Below are positions 51,101 to 63,669 of a stretch of DNA of 64,000 nucleotides, piece by piece. Position numbers and translations under genes: made by a program. The first letter of the stretch is position 1, and each line of letters opens with the position of its first letter. Source of the DNA: Utricularia gibba (Eukaryota; Plantae; Magnoliophyta); the NCBI GenBank assembly GCA_002189035.1, contig NEEC01000013.1, positions 558,001 to 622,000 on the forward strand, read 5' to 3'. Below the pieces are notes generated by a model. The model ran no database searches and was not told where the DNA came from. It was given only the letters and a program-made list of their open reading frames with translations.

Positions 51101-52330
51101 GTCCAACCAATTGTTTTTTATGCTTCTAAAGCACAGCCTTGAGCTTCTTCTCCTATTCCAAAATTAGTGAACTAGAAATAATAACACGCAGGGTTTCATC
51201 ATCATCAAGGAACAAGTATTTCAAATGTTTGGGGCAAAGTTTTTAACTCTAACAATGGTGCTCGGATATCAAAGGCACTAGCGGCTCACTAGGTGTTTCC
51301 AAGCTAAGAAAAAGAACATTTTGAACTTTGGGTTCTTCGGATGGATCATTTGAATGATGGAAAACTTCAAGATCAGTAAGAGAAAAATTTTCAGATCGAG
51401 AAATTTCAGTTTTGCATTCAGGTTCGGGCTCTTGCTCATGGATCATTGCATAGTTATCATCAGTTTCACATGTGGAAATCATGTATCTCACTAATCTGAT
51501 CAAGATACTTCATTGCTTTTTCAAGACTAAAGTGCAACACATGTCTATCAAACTTAAGATTGATGGTGCCTGCTTGAACAATAATCCTTGTACTTGCATT
51601 CGCCATAAATTGTCATCTCAAAATGATGGACTCCAAATGCTTAAGGTTATCACTCTCCATAGGAATAACTAAAAACTCAACTGGAAAAACTAAATACTTA
51701 ACATGAACAAAAGTATCATCAATTCTACCATTCAATGTAACTTGTGATCTATCTGCTATTTTGCATACAACATTCATCGGTTCAAGTTTGCCTAACTTAG
51801 ATGCAAGAAAAAAATAAAGAGATCTAGGCATAACATTGATTGAGGCAATATATTGGATCCTTACATTTATGGGACATTCTCCTTTGAATGATGGCTGAAA
51901 TGTTTTTCATCGAAAGGATCACTTCTTGTACTATCTTGGCTTTCTTCTTCAAGTTGCATAGGTCCTATAGCAACTTGGCATATTTGGGGATCTGCTGAAT
52001 CATATCAAGAAGAGGAATAGAAATATTTACTTTGTTCATCATCCCCCTAAAAGTTTTCAGTCCTTTCTTGTATTTGTTCCTTCATTGAAGCCTCATCAAG
52101 AAGGGTGTTGTATGACCAATGGCTTGGTTTGAGGAACTTTATTTGCATACTTCTTCTTAGCATCTTCATGTGGCTTTGGAACATCATTACTCTGAAAGTG
52201 TTGCTATCTTATCTTTAAAAGTTGAGGTGATCTAGTGATAGTCTTCTAAGGTATACCTAGTGGGTTCCCAATGAAAACTAGGATGATTTCTTCGTCGCAT
52301 CCGATTATTTCCATTCTCGTCAAATATCAA
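45180..52330 (-). mobile_element. Composite Athila-like element: gag/protease, RNase H (RT deleted), integrase, family-B LTR fragment (about 47300-47870), env-like fragment, PPT and 3' LTR (about 45180-46270)
   Basis: KVNISIPLLDMIQQIPKYAK-type gag; IADRSQVTLNGRIDD (protease region); [10 protein letters not shown]...NYKTIEKEL...[13 protein letters not shown]; GHFGPK...FYWFTLFQDA; IDFMRPFP...AVDYVSKWVE. PPT TTTAAGTGTGGGAG precedes the LTR start at 46270. Confidence 0.85.
49041..50401 (-). mobile_element. Solo LTR (family C) inserted into Athila pol
   Basis: Termini TGTTAAG...GCATCA on the minus strand. Perfect TSD TCCAA (49036-49040 / 50402-50406). Pol reads through (EIG|PDQIL) when it is removed. 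Homologous to 45180-46270. Confidence 0.93.
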
Positions 52331-54180
52331 ACTGAATATAAAAACTTATAAAACTACATATCATTCTCAATATTTGGAATATTAGATATCAAAATAATAA
52401 AAAATTGTTAGGGCATTCTATTTCCCAAAGGAATACACAAATGGATGAAACTCATGTATGTGTTAACTTATTTTTACAATTTAGTGTAAAACCATAGGAA
52501 ATATGATGAGATTTCGCTTCATCACTCAAAAAGGAAAGTGATCCCATTGAAAGTAATATTATCATATTTAAGGATTCTCTTTGCATTTCTATCCAAGCAT
52601 TTATGACCTTTATGAACAAAATTGCCATTTACAAGTAGAATGCAAGCCATTGATTTCTAAGCAAATCTATTTCTTATGTTGGATGAAGCATGAACAAAAT
52701 TTTGACTGCTGAAAATTCTTGAAGATTATCAATTTGGAGAGCATAATAGTCACAAAAACCGCTGCATGAAATATATGAGTCCACAAAGAGTCCATTTGAA
52801 ACAAAGGGCCACTTCATTAATATGCAAGTGCTCCATTTTGAACTGACCAAGAAGATTCTCCAAGAAAAGGTTTAAATGGTTTGGAGGTGTATTCACCACA
52901 GCTTCCATGATCTCGTAGCGGCCGAGCATCGTCTGAGCTTGCTTGCTTGCCTGCCGGCCATCTTCTATCGTGTTAAACTGATGATCCATTCGGTAAACTA
53001 GAAGTCGTCAAAATCCAATCAGACTACTGAACCATTTTTCGAGGGTATTCATGAGTTTTAGAAATCAACTTACCCTCCGTGTATTACACTCCTTGCATCC
53101 AATTTATGTGCATTTGTATCTTTATTAAAAATTAATGAAAAATATTTCTAATTTGATATTTTCTTGAACTAATGTTTTCATGGTTAATTTTGATCTCAGA
53201 TTTATTTTTATTAATCTACTAATGAAAAATTAGCAAAGGCTATACATTTGTATTGACTATTAGAAGAGTCTTAATTTTGCCTTTCAAATTTCACTCTCTA
53301 AAATTCGGTTTCTTTTGTTCAATTTTTTTTTATAGAAAATGGTTAGATTTTTCCCAATTTAAATTTGCTTTGATTTATGATGTGTAATTAATTTATATAC
53401 ACTATTTTCTATTAATAAATAAATTGAAACTATATAATTTACCAGTGGGGGTACATGTGGTATTCCCTTATTTCATTGTATTCCCAAATGGTGGGGGCTG
53501 TTCTTGTTATTAGAACAAATAATCTTATATAAAATAAAATAGTTAAATATATAAAAATTTATAGATCATTAGCAATCAATTGAATTTAATATATTTTTAA
53601 TATAATTCACATTTATTATATAATTGGATTTTAAGTGTGCTTGTTCGATTTCATTGAATCTTTAATTTTAATATGATATCAGAGCATTAGCTTTATGGCG
53701 ACTTTCATGATCAAAATAAGTTTTGTATTAATCCTAGTTCTAATTAAAAAAATAAGAAGATGCATTAGGATTATAAAAAATATGTGTTAAACCAGTTTGA
53801 TTTGAAGGTAAATATTAGAAATAATTTCACATTAAAATTTTAAAATGAAATAATCAATTGTATTAAAAACTCAAATCAATATTAATCTATTACCTGTGAT
53901 TTTTTATAATAGTATTCATATCTATTATATATTTGGTGTTTCACATCATCATACATGCTCCCTCCGGGAGTGCCCGCCTTAACCAAATAAAACAAAAAAG
54001 TAAAAAGGAAGGAGGTGAAGGATGAAATGAAATGGTATGCCTAGATTGCGAGGGAGGCCGTAAAAATGATTGTCGCGCGTCCCCTAAGCCCTCACATCAA
54101 TCACATGGGATGGGTGGTTGAGATGTGGTTAATTAAGGATAATTATGTGTGTTTCTGGGTGGAAGCGACTGAGCTGTTCA

Positions 54181-54300
54181 ATCAGCGGCGTAGGCGGCGC
54201 CAGGAAGGCCGACAGTCTGAGACTCGTACAAACCATATCCCCCTAGCCGCCACGTGATCACGTGATCAACCCAACCCCATTCCAAATCCCTACGTCACCC
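54181..54300. promoter_or_regulatory. Putative cis-regulatory module about 1 kb downstream of the ERF gene
   Basis: GCC box AGCCGCC (54245-54251), two G-boxes CACGTG (54251, 54259), TACGTCA (54291) and GGCGGC (54193) in non-TE DNA. Confidence 0.4.
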
Positions 54301-55295
54301 CCCGCATCATCATATTCCCCCACTCCACCCCTCAATTCAAAATCGTTATCATCATTTACGCAGCTTTTTCTATTTTTCTTTTGTTACCAGTATTAGGGTT
54401 CCATATGTGCATCCTCTCCCCGTCTGCTGCTCTTGCAGCCTTTATCTTGCTAATATTCTTTTTTTTAAGAAGATTCCCAACACATAAAAAAAGCAATTCA
54501 GTGGCGTCCAGACAAACAAAATATGTATTAAAAAAAAGATCATGAGTAAAATGCCACCCCATGGGAGGATCAGAAATGTGTGCAGTACACGGCAAACACT
54601 ATTTTGCATTGCACTCTTGATATGAAAGAATTTCTACATAAAAAAAATGTTAGCTTTTTGTTTGTCTTTCCCTGGAAATTTCGCGTTTCCCTCGTGTCCG
54701 CGCGTGAGGCGCAGAATCGTGCTTTTACTAAAGTACCCCCGCTCTGCTGAACTGACCCTGACCTGCCCAATATGTTTCTTTTATTTTTTATTCCGTCACT
54801 TGTGACCCCCCCAGTCAACTTGGTAGCACCCTCTTTCTAGGACAAGGGATGGATGATCGACGGATCATCTTCCCACACTCTCCGGCCGGTGTGCTGCAAG
54901 GCCAGGGGCAGGGTTGTAGGAGTAGCCCGCCCGCCCGGCCGCCTGCCTGCCTTCCTGGTGAAACCTTACCTTTGAGCTCAATTACCCTGTACCGGGTTCA
55001 TAAATACACAGGGTTGGGATGGGATTATATTTCGCGATTCCTGAGCGTAATTGGTTGTAGGATTCCCTTGTGCAATGCCCAATCCACTGTCCTCCTATAA
55101 TTGCAGCTCTAGGGTCTGACTTTATTGTAAACGAATGCCCAAACCCTATCCACAAAACTGTCGTGTTGCTACTCGTCACAGGGAGAGCTCAACTGCTCAA
55201 GGGATGATACATCGCAAACTATTTCCTAGAATTGGAGATGACATAGAGATGAAAAATTTTCCGTGCAACACCCAGGTGGAAGAAAAATGAGTCGG

Positions 55296-55681
55296 CTACA
55301 TCCACACGGGTGGAGGTTCATTCAAGTCGATCGGCAGCCCCGGGTAGAAAATTCGAGGTAGTCTGGAGGCGGCGTTGTCCCGGCAGCTTCGGGCGGCGGC
55401 GTGTGAGTCTCATTCGCGTGTGCGCGGAGGAACTGGTTAATCATCAAGGAATGATCGGAGGGGAGATTCAGATCCAGAGACGGCGGCGGGAAGTTGGTCT
55501 TGGCCTTGGCCCCACGTAGGGACCTCGCGGCGCCGTCGTACGCCAGCGCGGCTTCCTCCGGCGTGTCGAAGGTCCCGAGCCAAACGCGCGTCTTCTTCCA
55601 CGGGTCCCGTATCTCCGCCGCGTACCGACCCCAAGGCCGCTTCCTCACGCCGCGGTAGTGTGCCTCACGCGCCGAGTTCAT
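55296..55681 (-). CDS. ERF12-like: AP2/ERF group VIII repressor, ERF12-like; as written it stops at 55322 (119 aa) because of a 1-bp frameshift, and would be 128 aa if repaired
   Basis: [73 protein letters not shown]. The shifted frame gives [14 protein letters not shown], matching the ERF12-type C-terminal EAR motif. Confidence 0.93.
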
Positions 55682-55906
55682 CGGCAAAACAAAACAAAAG
55701 AACCAGGAAAGAGAAACTGGTAGCTGCTTTGCCTCTGTTCCCCAGAGAGAGAGAGAGGGAGAGAAGATGGAAGAAAAGAAAAGATCGTGGGGGGTGGCCG
55801 AGCGGTAAACAGAGAGCAGGAGCTTTAAAGGAGGAGTGGGGGCGAAGTGGGGCCCGCGCAGTGAGAGCCCGCCCGTAATCGTCGGCTGGTGGACGGCGGA
55901 GGAAGC

Positions 55907-55992
55907 AGCCGCCCTTTGCAGGGGGCAGGGGTAGCGGCGGTAAAATGGACCATTGGAGGCGGGGACCGCTCTCACTCACTGGGCCGCCGCCG
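55907..55992. promoter_or_regulatory. GCC boxes upstream of the ERF gene
   Basis: AGCCGCC at 55907-55913 and GCCGCCGCC near 55983-55991. A TTTAAAG TATA-like element is near 55825. Confidence 0.45.
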
Positions 55993-57899
55993 TAAACGCG
56001 GTTGCTTCATAAAGTTACAGCACACCGCTCTGGGCTGTTTCTTTCTTTCTTTTTCTTTTTCTTTATATTTTTTTATTAAAAAAAAGAAATTGATTATTTG
56101 GAAGGGAGCATAAGCAGCCAAGTGGGATAGGGGGACAGCAGATTCTGATTCCCATGCATACCAACCAACCAGCAAGCTACCAACTGACGCAAGGAGACAA
56201 AATACCAGGGGGTGTAAAAGGTAATTTCCACCCATCTTCTTCATCTACTTTGGACAGGGACAATATCCTACCAAAATACAAAAGATGTAACTAATCCTGG
56301 ATTATCAAGTAATAATGCCAGTGGCACAAATTCAATCCGTAGACGACCAACTACCACTCCTTGTTTCGAGTTCACTGCATAAGGAATCCTCCCCATGTGC
56401 CAAATAATAAAAGAATGTGTAGTTTTAATTTTCCTATCTATTTAATGATAAAAAAATGAATAAAATGAGATGAGAAATATTAGAAAAAAAAAAAAACAAA
56501 CAAAAACGAAATTAGGCGCAGGGCCGACCTGATAATACTCATCGCAAAACCGAAATCGGTGTCCATTCAAGCAGGGGCGAATCTTTAACTTGAATCTAGG
56601 GGGGACAATTTTTTTTTTTATTAACCCATGCTTATTAACTTTATCTCCCTTCCGTGGGGAGAGATTTAAGATTCAAAATCACAAAGGTTTCGGTTGATCA
56701 GCAATGGCTGACGACGACGAATCTGAGTCACCTTGAACGTGGCAGCATCTCATTCTATTCACCATTTAAGTGATTTCCTGCCGCAACTCCTCCCGAAAGT
56801 GTGTAAGAATTTGTGAATTTGTTGCTGCAAGGGAATACATTCTATGCTTTGAGAAAAGAAAGCACTCTACTACACTGTGCTCTTCCATCACTTCCAACGA
56901 ATACGACCGTTGATTTCGCATGCCTCCCGTGTGATGTGGAATCCTTGATTTTAAGGTCAATGCTTCATTTTCAATTTTCCGTAGTCAAGACACATTCATT
57001 CTCTCTATTCAAAGTGGTCGTTTCTATTGGGTTTGCAATCAGGGTGTGAGGCCACTGGAGCTGAGTTTGCATTTTCTAATTTGCAATCAGCCTTGGAAAT
57101 ATTTCATTTGACAAATAAATGTGTGACTCCACTTTCACAACTTCCATCTCTAGGAAGGACATCTCTCCTAGGCGTGTGATTTCCAAAGTTGTTAAGATTG
57201 CTTCCTTATATTCGCTTTGAATTACTTCCTATTAAAAGTATATTATCAACATATGATAAGATAATGACCATGCCTAGTGCTTGCTTTAGGCTAAAAAGTG
57301 TTTTGTGAAGCTTTAATATTTTGTATTCCTATCCTTTGATCACAAAACTTGAGTTCCATTCAAAGAAGACTAATTTTTACACCAAAATGATAAATGTTGT
57401 GTTATAACATAAATGAAATTAAAAAAAAAAGTACTTAAGTAGCAAAAAACCTCGATGATAAGGCTCTAAGCAAAAGAGAACTTGACAGCAAAAATGGTAA
57501 GGACAAGTTTGAATGAAATGCAGGATGTTAAATCAAATTTAATTTATTTGTCTTTAGATAAATACAATTTATGTGATTTAAAGATACTTTATGTTTGATT
57601 GATAGATATAATTTATTTCAATTTGATATGAAAACGCTTTTGGTTCATGAATATAAAAATTGGATATTTGATAATTTTATATATAAAATTATTGATATAT
57701 TTTTAAAAATAAAAACTCATTTTAATTTTCCCTCTCCCTCCATCTACCGGTATTTCTTTTTTTGCTCCCCCACGTAGTACATTTCTTTTCCCACACCCTC
57801 CAACTACCCATGTCATCCTCCATCTAGATCGTGCGGGTGGTGCCACTGTGTGTTTTTTTGGCAATACCCAAACAGTCCCCTTGGATAGGTTGAAGCATT

Positions 57900-59110
57900 G
57901 AAGCTTACCAAAAAGGGTAAGTCAGAGCTCAGATGCATGGCTTAGGCATCCATTGATTTGGGTTTCAAATCATGCATTGCAGGGTTACTATATTGTATGT
58001 TGTCGATCTATAAATGCTTCCCCCCCGCACCTCAAAATTATGTTCCATTAATTTCTCTAACACAGTTTACCTTCAATTCAACAAGCTCAGTAGCAAGTTG
58101 ACCAATCTGTCTCTCAAGACTCTTCATCATCTTCAATGTCATGTTTGGCCATGATTTCAACATCATCTTCATCATTTTTTCAACTGAAAGTGGTGGTTTA
58201 ATACCTTAAGTGTTTGGCTGGTCGACCCTTTGATGTCGGGGTTGATAAGACTTAGTTGAGTATCTATTTCCCTATTGAACTCTCCGTCCTAGTTGAAACA
58301 AAATTGATTGTGCTGTTTGTTGCTACATTTGAGTAAATCCCAAGTGTTGTGAGTTTTTAATGTTGGTACTTCTCCAATTGAAATTAGGGTGACTTCTCAT
58401 GAGCTCAAAATGCTCATCATTCTTGGGTATGTAATAATCAACTTTGTTATTTAAATAACTCATGGCCTTTACTCCTTAAATCGGTTCTTCCAGGTTTCCT
58501 TTCATGAGACAATGATCAAATATGTGTCCTAAAACTTCACATACTTCACAGGGCACTAATTTGGCATGAATAAGGAATGAATCCAATACCATATCTTTCA
58601 ATTCAGCAATATCTTTATCATTTCGTGTTGCTCCATCTTCTCTCAATATCCCCATTTCATTCACTTGTCTCAGTGCTCAAGATCAAATTTGGGAGTGTCT
58701 AGAATGTCCTACCATTCCCTTGATTTTCTCCCACCCTTCAGATGGTGTGAGAGTCCTCATATTATCATGTGCAACAGAATCTAATTTATCTCTTTGAACA
58801 GACGCTAGACCCTTCAAGAAACACTTCACTTGTTTCAATTTATTGAATCCATGGTGTGGCAGTTGGAAAGAAGAGTAGTAAATCTTTCTAAATACTCATG
58901 TAAGGTCTCATCATAGTCTTGAAAAATATTCTCTTTCTTTCTTTAAATATAATCAGCTCTAGAGGTAGGGAAAAACTGATTTAAGAATGTCTTCTTCATT
59001 TCCATATGACATTTTATGCTATCTAGTTCAATTGTGTCGAACCAAGTTTTGGCATATCCTTCAAGAGTGAACTCGAAAACGCGGAATAGTAAAGCATCCT
59101 TGGTCACATC
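57900..59110 (-). mobile_element. Athila/Gypsy gag remnant
   Basis: LLFRVFEFTLEGYAKTWF...MKKTFLNQFFP; ETLHEYLERF; CEVCEVLGHIFDHC. Confidence 0.8.
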
Positions 59111-59800
59111 CAAGAGGAGGAAAAAGGATAATTTTGGACAAAAGAGAGACAAGATAGGAAAAAAATATCTCTCCTAAGCAGAAGATGTAGTAGAGTTTGG
59201 AGAAGGAGATCTAGGAAGAAAATTGCAGAAGGACGATGAAGGAAGGGAGACGAAACCAAAACCAAAGCTTATCTTTGAAGATTTCCTTTGTTTATCAGAA
59301 ATATTATTCCTAAACAAGAGTAGATTGCAATGATTTAACATTTTGCATTGAACTATTTACATTTCATCACTATTTATTTTCTTGTTGTTAAGCTACAACA
59401 TAAACGTGCTTTTGAAGTTATGTCATGCACTAATTTTATTTCTCTTTAATATGACTAGCTAATCATTAAGTGGTACCTTGAAATCAAATGGGATCAACAT
59501 GCTCATTATTCTTTAAACCATATTAATCATATAATCACATTAGTTTCTTCAAACTTGTATAGATCTAAGAAGAGAAACTAGTTGTATCTTCATCATAAGC
59601 CAACCCTAATTAAAGGTAGATCAAAAGTTAGAAGAGTACAAGGGTTTAGGTGACTTGAACTTTTGTTGGTTAGATAAATGATTATCGGTTGGAATGGGAT
59701 AGGGATAATGATAAGCATGCTGTTTCTAAAAATCTCAAGGTATCATATTTTTTTTAGACATAAATTTGTTTGATTGTATTACTCCTAACTTGGATTTAAT
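59110..59800 (+). mobile_element. Diverged family-A-like LTR fragment
   Basis: TTTTGGACAAAAGAGAGACAAGATAGG...ATATCTCTCC and CCCTAATTAAAGGTAGATCAAAAG resemble LTR-A interior blocks. Confidence 0.6.
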
Positions 59801-59829
59801 CTTTTATTGTTACAAAAAAACAGAATATG

Positions 59830-61800
59830 TCAAATTTCAAATAACAAGATAATGCTCTTTGTGTTCAAAACTAATTCTAATATACTCATATTTGTTTTAT
59901 GATTAATTGTGAAGAAGATTTATAAATTTATATGGTAGAGAAATTTTCATTTCTACGACATGTGCAAATTTTCTGTTTATCTCCATTTTTGATATAGCAA
60001 TCTATGAAGAATATGAAATATTTATTTCCGACCATTGTTGGAGGATCGATTGACCCACACACATCAAAGCATGCATTTTTCAGAGGTGTTGAGGAGATCC
60101 AATTATTGGAAGAGCAGCTAATAATATCCTTCAATCTATCCTCATCCAAAGTTGCTTCAAGAAGTTTGAACTTATAGTAACTTTTCTGGCATTAGATAAG
60201 GCATCAAGGAAATTGATAACACATATTTTTGAGTGATGGAGTACATGGAAATTACTCATATTATGCTACAAAAATCCAGTTTCACTGCTTAGTTCCATAT
60301 TTTTGCGCATAGTACTGTAGTCATGTCATTTTAGTCTTAGTTGGGACTAAATCGTAGTCCCAACCTTCTAATAGTTTTCTTTGAGCAATGCAGTGTAGGT
60401 TGCAACACAAATCCCAAGGAGTTGAATATTAACAGTGTGGTGGTAGAAGATGAGTCATAAGTCTGAAAAGGAGTACATACAAAATCCAAGGAAGAAGAAA
60501 AAGGGAGATTTTTGGACAAAAAAGGGGACAAGATGGAGAGAGAAATAGATCTTCTATTGGAGACTCATGACATGCTTTATGGAGAATTTTCTGGGGTAGA
60601 AGAAGGAAGGGGACAATGACCCTAAAGAACTAGTTCTCTTTGAAAATTTACTTTCGTTCTTGATGTATACTGTTCCTAGCTAAGACTAGTTTTAGATTTA
60701 CTGCGCGAACAATTTGTCTTTTCTATTTTTGTTATGCATTGATTGTTGTTGTTTAACTTTGAAACCAGAATGTCGTTCTTGATGAAAATGTTTTCCTTTC
60801 CCTTGTCATGAGTGGCTAAGCATTTAGGAAGTGCCTTAGAGTGAAAGGGGGAGAAATGTGCTAATCAATCTTTAGACCTAATCAGCCATAAGTCACGCCA
60901 CTTCCTTAACAAACCAGGATAGATCCAGGAGGGGGAAGTAGTGAAACCCAGCTTAATAATCTTAATTAGAGGTAAACCAAAGATTAGGGGGAAAACAAGA
61001 ATCCGGATAGACCTAGATCTTGTGTGCTAGTTGTTTGATTTATAGTGTGTATGAGCTTGTTTAGTGATAATCATACATCCCATAGGAGTCCCGAGGCATC
61101 ACCCATTTCATTTTAGAAACAACCGTATTCCAAAATTTGTTACTTTTCTTTACTATACTCCATCGTAATTCTGCCTTAGTCCTAGCTAACACCAAATTTA
61201 CTAACGTGACACTGATTGCATGCATGGACTAATCATATGACAAGCACCTGCTCTTCACGTTCGACTCTAATCACTATACTCATAATTGTTTTATGCTTGA
61301 ATATGTATTAGGTTATAAATATTATTTGATAGGAAAATTTACATTTTCACGACGTGTAAATTTTTCGTTTATCACAAATCTCCAATGCTTAATCTTAGTG
61401 TGCTCAAAGCTCTCCATTAGTAAGCTATTTGAGTTGCTTGGTTTTCTGCATTTTTTAGGTAACTTTTTTCTAGTAGCCATCCTTCTTTTGAAAAGTTATA
61501 ATCTAAGATTACCTCATAAGCTTGACTCGTTATTGCCACATCCAAAGCTTGAACACTTTTTTTTTCTAGTTTTTTTATGCTACAACCACTTCGTTATCAG
61601 CGATTAAGTGGAGTTTTAGTAAAGTAGTTACACAACTCATTCATGGAGAAGTAATTTTCCATCTTACTTTGTCACACTCTAAATTCTTTTGGATCTTTTT
61701 CTTTAAAAGAGAGAGGTGCAAGTAGAATAGCCATGGTGTAGAGCTCCTGAATTTTAGATTGTAGATAGGTTATTCAACATCAAGAAGAAAGTTGTTATTG
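59830..61800 (-). mobile_element. Copia gag / pre-integrase / integrase remnant interrupted by a solo LTR
   Basis: FDVCGSIDPPTMVGNKYFIFFIDCY (59928-60149). The portion beyond 61375 is only weakly recognisable. Confidence 0.55.
60214..61374 (+). mobile_element. Solo LTR family A (longest copy, 1161 bp)
   Basis: TGATAAC...GTTTATCA termini. TSD GAAAT / CAAAT (1 mismatch). Confidence 0.9.
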
Positions 61801-63669
61801 AGTTACTAGCTTTGCATCAGGTTCACTATGAAAAACTCTTATTGGTTCTTGTATATGAGAGGAACGCCCTGTGGAAAGATTGAGAGTTGTATTTTGTATA
61901 TTGATGTGGATTATGTCAAATATCATATATTGTATCTTAAATTTGTTAATTGTTTAACCCACTTGTGTCATATTCCATCCTTTTGTGTATGGGCCTCTTT
62001 CTTTCTCTCCACTTACTCCCATAAAGGTGAGGGCCTCATCAATTGAACCTTTCCAGCTCTTCAAGGTGAAGGAAGTCCAATCCATGGCTATCATTTTAGA
62101 GGTCTCAAGCAGTGCAACAAGCTTTAATCCAAGACTAAGTTCATATGCACACCACCTCTATGAAATAATGACATATTCCAAAGCTTTTTTTTATATTTGG
62201 CTATCTTGGCTGAAGTCTTCGACCTCTATTTTTTATTTTAATAGATTTTTTTTCAATTAACACAAAACATTCTCCATTTTGTAGATTCAAATTGTTCCCC
62301 TCTTTCATCTCAAAAGAAGAAAACTCCATTTTTAATAATTTTAAAGAAAGATATTAGCGTGTTATCTAGTTAAATTTAATTTGTTTAGTAATTTTAATAG
62401 AATTCGTATTTTTATGCACAAAATTAAACTAGATCTATACATTAGTATATATTCATAATGTCAACTTATTTAGTCTTCAACTTCACCTCAACTTGTCATG
62501 AGCAACACTAAAAGAAGACATAACTGGGATTTCACTGAAAATAAATGGAAAAAATTTACTCATGGGATGAAGCAGTAGTATCACATATGCATATCTTGAA
62601 TTAGAGTTAAAACATTGATGTCACATTACATTTTTGTATGAACTCCTTACAATTTGTAGTTGTGAGTTGTTATCAGCATTGATTTTAAAATACGAATGAA
62701 CTTTAAACCTTGTAAACACCAGCCCCTTGTGTTTGGTTCCAAAATTGCTTTATATATTTTCTGTTTGATTTATATTTTATGCAAAATTGAGTTTTATAAA
62801 TTTTATTTAATAAAAAATTTTAATTTTACAATAACTTTGAAAAATTTTCATTTATCAATCACCCTATTTCACTCAATACAAAGCTGCCCTTAGATATACT
62901 AACCAAGCTTGGTTTCACCTGGCATCCAAGACTCATGCTCTCTTTTTCCACCAATTTTGGTGCTCACAGTCAAACCAATACTCAATACTGAGCCTTGAAC
63001 TCTCTTTAAATGAATGAAGCCCATTACACTCAATATCGACTCTTCACATTCAATCCATCCTTAGCGTCTAGTTCCATATTCAAGTATAACACTTGATACT
63101 GATAGGATCAGTTACACTTAGTATTTATCGAATGATACCTCTTCACTTTGTCAATACTCATTTTTTGTTGAAAAAGAGCATCAGAGGAGTAATAAGGTAG
63201 AAATATGTAGTGATAAGGATATGGGAGATAAGGTGGCTGATGTCTCTAAACGAGAGTGTAAAATTCATCCCATAGGCTAAGTCATCCTAACTTGAACATG
63301 GTATGGTTCAATTCATTAGAGAAATCATGGAAATCGATAAAAACTCATGAAGGAAATGATTTCAAGACATGGAAGGAATATATATACATGCATGGAAAAA
63401 TGATCCACCCGGAGGAGTGGTGCTACATGGATGAAAAGATGTTGCTTTTTAGTATTTGGAGGATACACACCATAATCACTTCTTTTTACTTCTTTATTAG
63501 GTCTTGTAATGTGCGAAACAATGTATGATGAACAATTGATTCAACTTCTCTCCCTGCATGCACATTTTTGGCTCTCTATTTTTTTCTATTAGTATCATCA
63601 CATTCATCTTTCTCATAGTTCCTCCCACTTTCCGTTCAAGCTTCCACATATTCCTATCCTCATGATCCT

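Noticed and set aside
55682-55975. N-terminal extension of the ERF ORF to 217 aa
   Set aside because: It depends on a non-ATG start and runs through CT-rich leader and promoter sequence. Homology begins at the ATG at 55681.
56569-56612. CAGGGGCGAATCT...AGGGGGGAC resembling a hAT-MITE end
   Set aside because: No matching second TIR or TSD was found.
62000-63250. Possible LINE RNase H / 3' fragments
   Set aside because: Only weak motif resemblance; not supportable without a search.
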